The notes under the pieces: generated by a model | What the model saw: the letters and a program-made list of their open reading frames with translations, nothing else | Databases searched by the model: none | What the model was told of the DNA's origin: nothing | Position numbers and translations under genes: made by a program | Assembly: GCA_964501675.1 (NCBI GenBank) | Contig: CAZCTJ010000002.1 | Span: 1 to 28,987 of the forward strand | DNA: 28,987 nucleotides | Reading direction: 5' to 3' | Source: an uncultured Candidatus Saccharibacteria bacterium | GTDB taxonomy: Bacteria; Patescibacteriota; Minisyncoccia; UBA6257; 2-01-FULL-56-20 | Part shown: one piece after another, positions 8,304-16,947 of the stretch | How the letters are laid out: each line of letters begins with the position of its first letter | How positions within the stretch are numbered: position 1 is the stretch's first letter

Positions 8304-9147
8304 AGCGATAAAAAGCGCGGCGGCGGAGGGGCGGGCGCTGGGCCATTTCAACGTATCCGATTCCGTGGCGTTGCGCGCGGTCGCGGAAGCCGCGGGAGAG
8401 CTGCAGGTTCCCGTGCTCATCGGGGTTTCGGAGGGCGAGCGGGAATTCCTGGGCGTGCGCCAGATAGCCGCGCTCGTCCGCAGTTTGCGCGAAGCGGGAC
8501 GGCCCGTGTTCTTGAACGCGGACCACACCCATTCCCTGGAAAAGATCCGGGAGGCGGTGGAGGCCGGTTTCGATGCGGTGCTTCTGGACGGCGGCAAGTT
8601 GTCCTTAGAAGAGAATATCGCGAAAACCAGGGAGGTGGTGGAATACGTCCGTTCCGTGTCGCCGGAAACGATCGTGGAAGGGGAATTGGGCTATATCGGT
8701 TCGTCTTCGGCGATGCTCGCGGAACTGCCTCCCGATGCCGCTCTGCGGCCGGAGGAACTGACCTCGGCGGAGCAGGCGGAAGAGTTCGTCAGGACCACCG
8801 GCGTGGACCTTCTCTCGCCGGCGGTCGGCAACATCCATGGAATGCTCCGGAATGCGCCGAACCCGGCGCTTGATATCCCGCGGATAAAGGCCATTCGGGA
8901 CCGGGCGGGGGTGCCGCTAGTGCTCCACGGCGGCTCGGGCATATCGGACGCCGATATTTCGGCGGCCGTCCGGTCGGGGATGGCGATCGTGCATATAAAT
9001 ACCGAACTCCGGCGGGCATGGCGGACGGGTCTCGAACGGGGGCTCGCGGCCGCTCCGGAGGAGGTGGCGCCCTATAAAATATATCCCGACGCGCTCCGGG
9101 CCATGAAAGAAGTGGTTTCGGCCAAGCTCCGTCTCTTCGGCGGGTAG
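8290..9147 (+). CDS. fba: Class II fructose-bisphosphate aldolase
   Basis: NADH, EGELG, GNIHG, LHGGSG and INT motifs. Start is 8290 or 8284; it overlaps the kinase 3' end. Confidence 0.92.
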   Translation: MSLREAIKSAAAEGRALGHFNVSDSVALRAVAEAAGELQVPVLIGVSEGEREFLGVRQIAALVRSLREAGRPVFLNADHTHSLEKIREAVEAGFDAVLLDGGKLSLEENIAKTREVVEYVRSVSPETIVEGELGYIGSSSAMLAELPPDAALRPEELTSAEQAEEFVRTTGVDLLSPAVGNIHGMLRNAPNPALDIPRIKAIRDRAGVPLVLHGGSGISDADISAAVRSGMAIVHINTELRRAWRTGLERGLAAAPEEVAPYKIYPDALRAMKEVVSAKLRLFGG

Positions 9148-9154
9148 ATCGGGC

Positions 9155-9183
9155 TTGTCAAAGCGGCTTTGACCTGCTATTAT
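9155..9183 (+). promoter_or_regulatory. Sigma70-type promoter of rplY
   Basis: TTGTCA (9155-9160), 17-nt spacer, TGcTATTAT ending at 9183. Confidence 0.55.
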
Positions 9184-9203
9184 TTTCCCTGCTTTCAATA
9201 ACC

Positions 9204-9860
9204 ATGGAACTCAAAGCGGAAAAGCGCGATAAATTCGGTAAAAGCCTGGCTTCTCTGCGGGAGCAAGGCTGGATCCCGGCGGAACTTTACGGCCACGGAG
9301 TTCCGAACGTGCATCTCATGGTCCAGGCCAAGGATTTCGACAAGGTGCACAGGTCCGGGAGCGGTACCGCGCTCCTTGGTCTTCTCGTGGAAGGAGAAAA
9401 ACGCAATGCGCTCATTCACGACATCCAGGAGGATTATCTGTCCGGCCGACCGGTGCATATCGATTTTTACCAGGTGCGCATGGACGAGAAAACCAAGGGA
9501 CACATACCGATCGAATTCATCGGCGAGTCGCCCGCGGTCAAGGAAGGCGGCATTTTGAACCGGACCATGCTGGAAATAGAGATCGAAGCTCTGCCGGGAG
9601 ACCTGCCTTCCAAATTCGAAGTGGACCTGGGCGAGATAAAGGAATTGAATCAGAGCATTTACGTCAAGGACCTCCGGGTGCCCAAGGGAGTGGAGATCCT
9701 GGTGGAACCGGACACCGTTATCGCGACCGTCACGCCGCCTATGAAGGAAGAAGAGATCGCTCCCGCTCCGGCCGCGGACGTGAGCGAGGTCAAGGTGGAG
9801 ACCGAGGAGAAGAAAGCGGAACGCGAGAAGGAGGCGGCCGCGGAGGGCGAGCCGGCGTAA
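9204..9860 (+). CDS. rplY: 50S ribosomal protein L25/Ctc (long form)
   Basis: LREQGWIPAELYG, HIDFYQV and LPGDLP motifs; acidic C-terminal tail. Confidence 0.95.
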   Translation: MELKAEKRDKFGKSLASLREQGWIPAELYGHGVPNVHLMVQAKDFDKVHRSGSGTALLGLLVEGEKRNALIHDIQEDYLSGRPVHIDFYQVRMDEKTKGHIPIEFIGESPAVKEGGILNRTMLEIEIEALPGDLPSKFEVDLGEIKELNQSIYVKDLRVPKGVEILVEPDTVIATVTPPMKEEEIAPAPAADVSEVKVETEEKKAEREKEAAAEGEPA

Positions 9861-9964
9861 CCAAAGCCGGCCGGCCGCGGTTTCATATATGTCCAACGAG
9901 AAGGCATTCTTTGAAATTAGACCCGTAAAATAAGGTTCAGTTGGTTTCCGGAGGCGAAAAACGT

Positions 9965-9970
9965 TAGAAT
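9965..9970 (+). promoter_or_regulatory. -10 box (TAGAAT), near-leaderless start
   Basis: 8 nt upstream of the ATG at 9979. Confidence 0.45.
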
Positions 9971-9978
9971 ATACAGGC

Positions 9979-11427
9979 ATGTTCAAAAGACCCAAACCCC
10001 GCATCGTACAAGACATCCGGTCCCGAAATCAGAACGTTTTCAAGGCTTCCGCTCCCCGTCTCAATCTGGGATATGCGAGAACGATCAGAATACAGCTGAC
10101 CGCCGCCATAAAAATGGGGCTGGTTTGCGTTTCCGCCTTTTCGCTCGTTCTGGGATCGGTCGCCGCGCCTTCGGTGCTTATCGCCGCGGGCATGGCGCCT
10201 TCCGAGGAGCGGGCGGCGCTCGAGGCGCAGCTCAAGGAGCTGGAGGCGGAAATGGACAAGTACGAGGAGCAGGTCGTGAGCTATCAGAGGCAGGGCAAGA
10301 CCCTCTCGGGCGAGATCAACCGCTTGAACAGCAACATTGCCAGAATAAATCTGCAGATAAAAGCGGTGACCCTGACCCTGCAGGAACTGGACCGCAAGAT
10401 AGACGACACCCAGATCCAGATAAACACTACTAAGGCGAGCATCGATAACAAGAAAGAGGTTCTGCAAAAGTTGCTCAAGAACCTGTATGAAAGCGACCAG
10501 TCTTCGCTGGTCGAGATATTCCTGAAGAACCCGCGCTTGTCGGATTTCTTCTCGGACATGAACGATCTGACCCTGCTGCAGAACAATCTGCGGGTGACCA
10601 TCGCGGAGATCACCGACCTCAAGAGCGAATTGGAGAACCAGAAGGACCAGTATGCCGCCGCCCGTTCGGATGCGACCACCCTGCGTTCCCAACAGCTGGT
10701 GCAGAAGACCCAGGCGGACCAGGTGAAGAAGCAGAAAGATACTTTGCTCACCGTGACCAAGGGCCAGGAATCCAAGTACCAGGCCATGCTCAAAGAGACC
10801 CAAAAGACCGCGGCGCAAATACGCAGCCGCCTCTTCCAGCTCCTGGGCGGAGGAGAGATGAGCTTCGAACAGGCCTATCAGTTCGCCAAGATGGCGGAAG
10901 GAGCGACGGGTGTCCGCGCGGCCTTGATCCTTGCCGTATTGGATAGAGAATCCGCCCTGGGGGCGAACGTGGGCCGGTGCAAGTATAACCAGATAAACGC
11001 CGCGACGGGCAAGGTGACCATGCATCCCACCCGGGACGTGCCCGTTTTCCTTGAGATAACCAGGGAGTTGGGACTCGATCCGGAATCGGTGATGGTCTCC
11101 TGCGCCAACAAGGACGGCGCCTACGGCGGCGCCATGGGCCCCGCGCAGTTCATCCCGTCCACCTGGAAGCTTTATCGCAACCAAGTCGCGAAGGTGACCG
11201 GCTCGAACCCCGCTTCGCCCTGGAGCAACGCGGACGCCTTTGTGGCCACCGGCCTGTATCTGAAGGATGCCGGAGCGGCGAACGCCACCATCGCCCAAGA
11301 GCGCCGGGCGGCGGCTAAGTATTATGCCGGAGGCAACTGGGAGAGATTCCTATGGACCTACGGCGAAGCGGTCGTGAGCCGCGCCCAGCGTTTCGAACAG
11401 GACATCCGGACCATCACCACGGGCTAA
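9979..11427 (+). CDS. Membrane-anchored long coiled-coil protein with a C-terminal lytic murein transglycosylase (SLT-like) domain
   Basis: N-terminal hydrophobic segment; about 250 aa of heptad-rich coiled coil; catalytic ES (RESALG), [13 protein letters not shown] and YYAG motifs. Confidence 0.85.
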   Translation: MFKRPKPRIVQDIRSRNQNVFKASAPRLNLGYARTIRIQLTAAIKMGLVCVSAFSLVLGSVAAPSVLIAAGMAPSEERAALEAQLKELEAEMDKYEEQVVSYQRQGKTLSGEINRLNSNIARINLQIKAVTLTLQELDRKIDDTQIQINTTKASIDNKKEVLQKLLKNLYESDQSSLVEIFLKNPRLSDFFSDMNDLTLLQNNLRVTIAEITDLKSELENQKDQYAAARSDATTLRSQQLVQKTQADQVKKQKDTLLTVTKGQESKYQAMLKETQKTAAQIRSRLFQLLGGGEMSFEQAYQFAKMAEGATGVRAALILAVLDRESALGANVGRCKYNQINAATGKVTMHPTRDVPVFLEITRELGLDPESVMVSCANKDGAYGGAMGPAQFIPSTWKLYRNQVAKVTGSNPASPWSNADAFVATGLYLKDAGAANATIAQERRAAAKYYAGGNWERFLWTYGEAVVSRAQRFEQDIRTITTG

Positions 11428-11451
11428 GACCTCCTTGGGCGGATCATCAAC

Positions 11452-12726
11452 ATGCTTAAGCGCAAGACACTCAAGAACGGATTGCGGGTGATTTTGGCCC
11501 CCCAGGAGGCGAGCCTTGCCGCGACCGTTCTTACCCTGGTGGAGGCCGGTTCGGAATACGAATCCCGGGAAGTGAACGGCCTGTCCCATTTTCTGGAGCA
11601 TCTGGCGTTCAAAGGCACGGTGAACCGCCCCAAGCCGGGAGCCATCTCCGAGGAACTGGAATCTCTGGGCGCCGAATACAACGCTTTCACCGGACAGGAA
11701 TACACCGGCTATTGGGCGAAAGCCCAGAATCACAAGCTGCCCCAGATCCTGAATCTGATCTCGGATCTGTACTTGAACCCGGTGTTCAATTCCGAAGAGA
11801 TAGAGAAAGAGCGGGGCGTGATAATCGAGGAGATAAATATGTATGAAGACATGCCCGCGCGGCGGGTGGAGGAGTATTTCTTCGCTCTGCTCTACGGGGA
11901 CCAGCCGGCCGGCTGGGATATTGCGGGCCGGAAGGAGGTGATAATGAAGCTCACCCGGGATGATTTCGTCGGCTATCGTTCCAAGCATTACGTGGCGCCC
12001 GCGACCGCGGTGGTGGTGGCCGGGAATTTCCCCCAGGAGGAGATGGAGCACCAGGTAGGCGAGCTCTTCGGCCATCTGGAAACCGCGGATAAGCCCGAGA
12101 AGGCCAAAACGATCGAGAAGCAGGATTCTCCCGGCGTGTTCTTGAAATACAAGAAGACCGACCAGACCAACCTGGTCCTGGGCGTCCGCGCCTTCGACGT
12201 TTTCGACGAGCGCCGCCATGCCCTGCAGGTGCTCTCGGAGATACTTGGCGGAGGCATGAGCTCCCGGCTTTTCGTGCGGGTCCGGGGCGAGATGGGCGCC
12301 GCTTACCATATCCGGGCCAATTCGGAGCTCTTCCTGGATCACGGTTTCCTGCAGGTGGTGGCGGGCGTGGATTCCGGCAAAGTGGACAAGGTCATCGGGG
12401 TGATCCTCGAGGAATGCCGGCGGATGGCCGAGCGCCTGGTGGACGCGAAGGAGCTTCAGAAAGCCAAGGACCATATGATCGGCGGGCTGATATTGGGGCT
12501 CGAGACCTCGGACGAACTGGCGGCCTTCTACGGCAGCCAGGAGATCCTGAACGTGCCCCTCCATTCGCCGGAGGAGTCGGTAAAGATGATAGAGTCGGTC
12601 ACGGCGGAAGAGGTCCAACAGGTGGCCAAGGCGGTCTTTTCCGACCAGGGTCTGAACCTGGCCATGATCGGCCCCCACAAGCAGGCCTCGGCCTTCGAGA
12701 AACTGCTCAAATTTCCCGTAACTTAA
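11452..12726 (+). CDS. M16 (pitrilysin-like) zinc peptidase
   Basis: Inverted zinc motif HFLEH, NAFTGQEYT, EKERGVIIEE and GGMSSRLF..VR. Confidence 0.94.
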   Translation: MLKRKTLKNGLRVILAPQEASLAATVLTLVEAGSEYESREVNGLSHFLEHLAFKGTVNRPKPGAISEELESLGAEYNAFTGQEYTGYWAKAQNHKLPQILNLISDLYLNPVFNSEEIEKERGVIIEEINMYEDMPARRVEEYFFALLYGDQPAGWDIAGRKEVIMKLTRDDFVGYRSKHYVAPATAVVVAGNFPQEEMEHQVGELFGHLETADKPEKAKTIEKQDSPGVFLKYKKTDQTNLVLGVRAFDVFDERRHALQVLSEILGGGMSSRLFVRVRGEMGAAYHIRANSELFLDHGFLQVVAGVDSGKVDKVIGVILEECRRMAERLVDAKELQKAKDHMIGGLILGLETSDELAAFYGSQEILNVPLHSPEESVKMIESVTAEEVQQVAKAVFSDQGLNLAMIGPHKQASAFEKLLKFPVT

Positions 12727-12786
12727 GCCCGCCGGGGCCGTTGTAGGGGATGTCCTCTTAGATACATCCCAAAACCTCTCCAGCCG

Positions 12787-13809
12787 ATGGAAAAAAGGAT
12801 CTTGGAACTCTCCTGGGTGAGCCTCTGGCGAGTTTTATTCTTCATTGCCCTGGCCGCGGTCCTGCTCCAGGGGCTTAACGTGCTCCTGGGGCTGTTTTTG
12901 GCCATCGTGATATCTTCCGGCCTGGAATTCCTGGTGAATTTCATGGAGAAAAAGGGGATACCCCGGACGCTGGGGGTCATCGTGATATTCCTTTTGGCCG
13001 CGATCCTGGTCATCGTGCTCGTGGCGGTGGTCTTGCCTCTGCTCATAATCGAGTTCAATACCGCCCTGGTCACCTTGGAGCGCATCGCGGCGGAATCCTG
13101 GTGGGGTCCGTTGGCCGGCCTGCGGGCCACCCAGTCCTTGAGCGAGATAATGAACCGGATCACCGGCCAGATATTCGGCGGCGAGACCTCGCCGTTCGGG
13201 GCGCTGGCCGGCATTTTCGGGGGCATGGCGCTCACGGTTTCGGTGGTGGTGAGCTCTTTCTATTTGAGCTTGAGCCGGGACGGCGTGGAGCGGTTCATCC
13301 GGGCGGTTTTCCCCGGAGATTACGAGGATACCGCCCTGCGGATATACGAGAACTCCCGAAGGCGCATCGGCCTGTGGTTCCGCTCCCAGATATTGCTTTC
13401 GCTCACCATGGGATTCCTCACCTTGATCGCCCTGTCCATCCTGGGCGTGAAGTACGCCGTGCTTCTGGGGCTTCTCGCGGCGGTGTTCGAGCTCGTGCCT
13501 TACATCGGCCCGATCCTGGCCGGTTCCGCCGCGGTCATGGCGGCTTTGACGGCTTCGCCCACCCTGGCCTTCTGGACGCTCGTGGTTTTCGTGATCCTGC
13601 ACCAGGTGGAGAGCCACTTCTTAGTGCCCATGCTCGTGGGCCGGAGCGTCGGTTTGCATCCGGTCATCGTGATCGCCGCCCTGCTTATGGGCGCGGAAGT
13701 GGGCGGATTCCTGGGGATACTCATCTCCGTTCCGGCCGCGGTGGTGGTGCAGGAGATAGTGGAATTCTGGGCGGGCAAGCGGCGCCCGCGCGCGGTGCCC
13801 CTGATCTAG
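12787..13809 (+). CDS. AI-2E family (PerM-like) transporter/permease
   Basis: Multi-TM; FELVPYIGP, P.LVGRSVGLHP and G..GILISVP motifs. Confidence 0.9.
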   Translation: MEKRILELSWVSLWRVLFFIALAAVLLQGLNVLLGLFLAIVISSGLEFLVNFMEKKGIPRTLGVIVIFLLAAILVIVLVAVVLPLLIIEFNTALVTLERIAAESWWGPLAGLRATQSLSEIMNRITGQIFGGETSPFGALAGIFGGMALTVSVVVSSFYLSLSRDGVERFIRAVFPGDYEDTALRIYENSRRRIGLWFRSQILLSLTMGFLTLIALSILGVKYAVLLGLLAAVFELVPYIGPILAGSAAVMAALTASPTLAFWTLVVFVILHQVESHFLVPMLVGRSVGLHPVIVIAALLMGAEVGGFLGILISVPAAVVVQEIVEFWAGKRRPRAVPLI

Positions 13810-13818
13810 GGAACGCGG

Positions 13819-13846
13819 TTCACTTTTTCAAAAATACCCTTACAAT
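13819..13846 (+). promoter_or_regulatory. Promoter of metG overlapped by a 10-bp inverted repeat
   Basis: TTCACT, 16-nt spacer, TACAAT (13841-13846); inverted repeat AATACCCTTA-caa-TAAGGGTATT at 13833-13855. Confidence 0.5.
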
Positions 13847-13858
13847 AAGGGTATTCTT

Positions 13859-15325
13859 ATGTCCGAGAAGTTCTACATCACCACCACTCTGCCGTACGTG
13901 AATGCGCCGCCGCACATCGGTTTCGCCCTGGAAATGGTCCAGGCGGACGCAGTGGCCCGTTTCGAGCGCCTGGAAGGCAAGGAGGTGGTGTTCAACACCG
14001 GCACGGACGAACACGGTTCGAAGATATACCAAAAAGCGCTCGAGGAGGGGAAAGAGCCGCAGGCTTACGCGGACGAGTATGCGCCCCGGTTCGACCGGCT
14101 CCGGGAGGCCCTGGACCTTTCCTATACCCACTTCATCCGCACCACCGATCCGCACCATCTTCTGGCCGCCCAGGAATTCTGGCAGAGGTGCGACCGGAAC
14201 GGCGACATATACAAAGCCGCCTACCGGATGAAATATTGCGTGGGCTGCGAGCTCGAAAAGACCGATTCCGAGCTTGTGGACGGCCGCTGTCCCATTCACC
14301 CCAATCTCGTCCTGGAGGAAAGGGAGGAAGAGAACTATTTCTTCCGTTTTTCGAAATACGGACCGGCGCTGCTTGAGCTGTACGGGAGATATCCCGATTT
14401 CGTCCTGCCCGAGAACCGCCTGACCGAGATAAGGAATTTCGTCGCGGCGGGGCTCAAGGACTTCAGCATCTCCCGGCTTAAGGAAAAGATGCCCTGGGGC
14501 GTGCCGGTACCCGGCGATCCGGACCACGTCATGTACGTGTGGTTCGACGCGCTTGTGAATTACATTTCCACCCTGGGCTGGCCGGAGAAAGAGAACGATT
14601 TCCGGGCCTTTTGGGGGACCCCGGAGGAGCCGCGGGCCCTGCAGATCGCGGGCAAGGACAATCTTCGCCAGCAATCCGCGATGTGGCAGGCGATGCTCTT
14701 ATCCGCGGGACTGCCCACTTCCCGCCGGATACTGATCCACGGGTTCGTGACGAGCGGCGGCGAGAAGATGTCCAAAAGCCGCGGCAACGTAGTGGACCCC
14801 TTCGAGCTTGCGGAAAGATACGGCACGGATGCGGTCCGCTACTGGCTGCTGCGCGAGATGCCCGCCTTTGAGGACGGAGATTTCACCGTGGACAAATTCG
14901 AGGAGCGATATGCGGGCGATCTCTCGAACGGGTTGGGCAATTTCGCGTCCCGGACGACCGCGCTCGCGAAGGAGCCCCTGGTCCTTTCCGAACGGCGTCT
15001 GGACGCGGAAGTGGAATCGAAGATCGACGAGACCCGGGAAAAACTTCGGAAGAGCGTCGCCAAGTTCAATTTCAATGAAGCGCTTGCGGACGTTCAGGCG
15101 CTCGTTAAATTCGGGGACGAGTACGTGAACCGCAAGAAGCCCTGGGAGACCGGCGACCAGGATGCGATCTACGGCCTAGTGGTCCTCTTGGACAATCTCG
15201 GCGCGCTGCTCCAGCCGTTCCTGCCCGGGACGGCCCGGAAAATAACAGGATCCATTTCCCACCAGGACGGCCGGCTGTCGGTCACCCGAATGGAAGCGCT
15301 CTTCCCGCGGCTTCCGAGCAAATAA
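13859..15325 (+). CDS. metG: Methionyl-tRNA synthetase, short form without a C-terminal appended domain
   Basis: TTTLPYVNAPPHIGF (HIGH variant), GTDEHG, CVGCE zinc knuckle, YVWFDAL and KMSKS. Confidence 0.96.
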   Translation: MSEKFYITTTLPYVNAPPHIGFALEMVQADAVARFERLEGKEVVFNTGTDEHGSKIYQKALEEGKEPQAYADEYAPRFDRLREALDLSYTHFIRTTDPHHLLAAQEFWQRCDRNGDIYKAAYRMKYCVGCELEKTDSELVDGRCPIHPNLVLEEREEENYFFRFSKYGPALLELYGRYPDFVLPENRLTEIRNFVAAGLKDFSISRLKEKMPWGVPVPGDPDHVMYVWFDALVNYISTLGWPEKENDFRAFWGTPEEPRALQIAGKDNLRQQSAMWQAMLLSAGLPTSRRILIHGFVTSGGEKMSKSRGNVVDPFELAERYGTDAVRYWLLREMPAFEDGDFTVDKFEERYAGDLSNGLGNFASRTTALAKEPLVLSERRLDAEVESKIDETREKLRKSVAKFNFNEALADVQALVKFGDEYVNRKKPWETGDQDAIYGLVVLLDNLGALLQPFLPGTARKITGSISHQDGRLSVTRMEALFPRLPSK

Positions 15326-16186
15326 ATGAAGTTCATCGACGCGCACACCCACGTTCAATTCGCGGCGTTCCGAGACGACTGGCGGGAAACGATGGCCCGC
15401 GCGCTTAATGCGGGTGTTTTTGTGGTGAACGTGGGCACCCAGAAGGACACTTCCCGCCGGGCAGTGGAGATCGCGCGGGAATACCCGGAGGGGGTTTGGG
15501 CCGCGGTCGGCCTGCATCCCCTCCACACCTCCAAGTCGTTCCATGACGCCGAGGAGTTGGGCGGTAGGGAAGGCGAGGAGTTCACCTCCCGGGGCGAAGA
15601 GTTCGACCGTTCCCATTACCTGGAGCTCGCCCGGGATCCCAAAACGGTCGCGATCGGGGAGTGCGGACTGGATTATTTTCATCTGCCGGACGCGGAGGGC
15701 GCCAAAGCCAAGCAGAAAGCGGCATTCGAGGCCCAGATGGAACTTGCTAAAGAGGTGGGGAAGCCGCTCATGGTCCACTGCCGGCCCGACCCGACCGGAG
15801 CGTCGGGCGATGCCTACCGGGAAACGATAGATATGCTCAAGGCGTCTGATCCCGGACCGGGCATAATTCATTCGTTCATGGGCACCCTGGAGGAAGCCAA
15901 GGAATTTATCGAGCTCGGATATTATTTCACTTTCGCCGGGAACATCACCTTCAAGCCGCGGGCGGATAAGCCGTCGCTCGAACCCGTCATCAGACATATC
16001 CCGCTCGACCGGATAATTTCGGAGACCGACGCGCCCTATCTCGCTCCCGTGCCGCACCGCGGCAAGCGGAACGAACCGTTGTACGTGATCGAGGTGGTGA
16101 AAAAGCTCGCGGAGATAAAAGGAGTGTCCGCGGAAGAAATGGCGGAATTGACGTTTAATAACGCGAAGATGATACTTGGAACATGA
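15326..16186 (+). CDS. tatD: TatD-family nuclease/hydrolase
   Basis: DAHTH, GLHP, IGECGLD, HCR, HSF and SETDAPY motifs. Confidence 0.93.
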   Translation: MKFIDAHTHVQFAAFRDDWRETMARALNAGVFVVNVGTQKDTSRRAVEIAREYPEGVWAAVGLHPLHTSKSFHDAEELGGREGEEFTSRGEEFDRSHYLELARDPKTVAIGECGLDYFHLPDAEGAKAKQKAAFEAQMELAKEVGKPLMVHCRPDPTGASGDAYRETIDMLKASDPGPGIIHSFMGTLEEAKEFIELGYYFTFAGNITFKPRADKPSLEPVIRHIPLDRIISETDAPYLAPVPHRGKRNEPLYVIEVVKKLAEIKGVSAEEMAELTFNNAKMILGT

Positions 16187-16197
16187 CGAACGGCGCG

Positions 16198-16215
16198 GCC
16201 CCGCTCAGGCGGGGC
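16198..16215. terminator. 7-bp GC hairpin after tatD
   Basis: GCCCCGC-tcag-GCGGGGC; no U-tract. Confidence 0.3.
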
Positions 16216-16256
16216 ATAAGAGTCATTAAGCTCGCGGACCCGCCGGATCAACTCTA

Positions 16257-16922
16257 ATGCAAGCGGTGATACTTGCGGCGGGGCTCGGCACCCGCATGAA
16301 AGAATTGACCAAAGACGTTCCCAAGCCGCTTTTGAGGTCCGGGAGCGAGACGCTCTTGGAGCAAAAGCTCAAGAACCTGCCTGACGCGATCGGGGAAGTG
16401 GTCATCGTGGTGGGTTATCTCGGGAACCGCATCCGGGAAGCCCTGGGAGATTCGCAGTTCGGCCGGAAGATAACCTACGTAGTTCAGAACGAGCTCAAGG
16501 GCACTGGGCATGCCCTGTCCCTGTGCAAGCCGGTCCTCGAGGACCGCTTCCTGGTGCTCATGGGCGACGATCTTTACCGCAAAGAAGATCTCACGGAGCT
16601 CCTTAAGCATCCTTTGGCGGTGCTCGCGTGGAACCTGCCGGACGACACGAACGGCCGCCTGTGGGCGGAACTTATCCGCGGGGAGAAGGGAGAGCTCTTG
16701 GGGATCGTGGAGAAGCGGCCCGGCCGGCCCGGCATGCTCATCAACACCGGCGCCTATGCGCTTGACCGGAGGTTCTTCGACCATCCCCTGGAACCGGCGG
16801 GGAACGATACCGCCGAGTTCGGCCTGCCCCAGACCATCGTGCGCATGGCAAAGAAGGGCGAGGAAATAAAAATAGTTCCGGCGAGCTGGTGGAAGAACGT
16901 CACCGAGCCGGGAGACCTTTAA
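16257..16922 (+). CDS. Sugar-phosphate nucleotidyltransferase (NTP_transferase family)
   Basis: AVILAAGLGTRM...PKPLL, Q.ELKGTGHA, GDD and INTGAY motifs; no left-handed beta-helix domain. Confidence 0.88.
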   Translation: MQAVILAAGLGTRMKELTKDVPKPLLRSGSETLLEQKLKNLPDAIGEVVIVVGYLGNRIREALGDSQFGRKITYVVQNELKGTGHALSLCKPVLEDRFLVLMGDDLYRKEDLTELLKHPLAVLAWNLPDDTNGRLWAELIRGEKGELLGIVEKRPGRPGMLINTGAYALDRRFFDHPLEPAGNDTAEFGLPQTIVRMAKKGEEIKIVPASWWKNVTEPGDL

Positions 16923-16924
16923 TT

Positions 16925-16933
16925 TGATAGAAT
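16925..16933 (+). promoter_or_regulatory. Extended -10 (TGaTAGAAT) upstream of leuS
   Basis: 14 nt upstream of the ATG at 16948. Confidence 0.45.
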
Positions 16934-16947
16934 CAACTTATTCCGGG

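Noticed and set aside
12747-12770. Inverted repeat GGGATGT-N10-ACATCCC upstream of the AI-2E gene
   Set aside because: A real 7-bp stem, but with no U-tract, no clear promoter and no second copy, so no function can be supported.
13810-16947. T-box or SAM riboswitch leaders for metG and leuS
   Set aside because: The intergenic gaps are only about 50 and 25 nt, and no T-box consensus is present.
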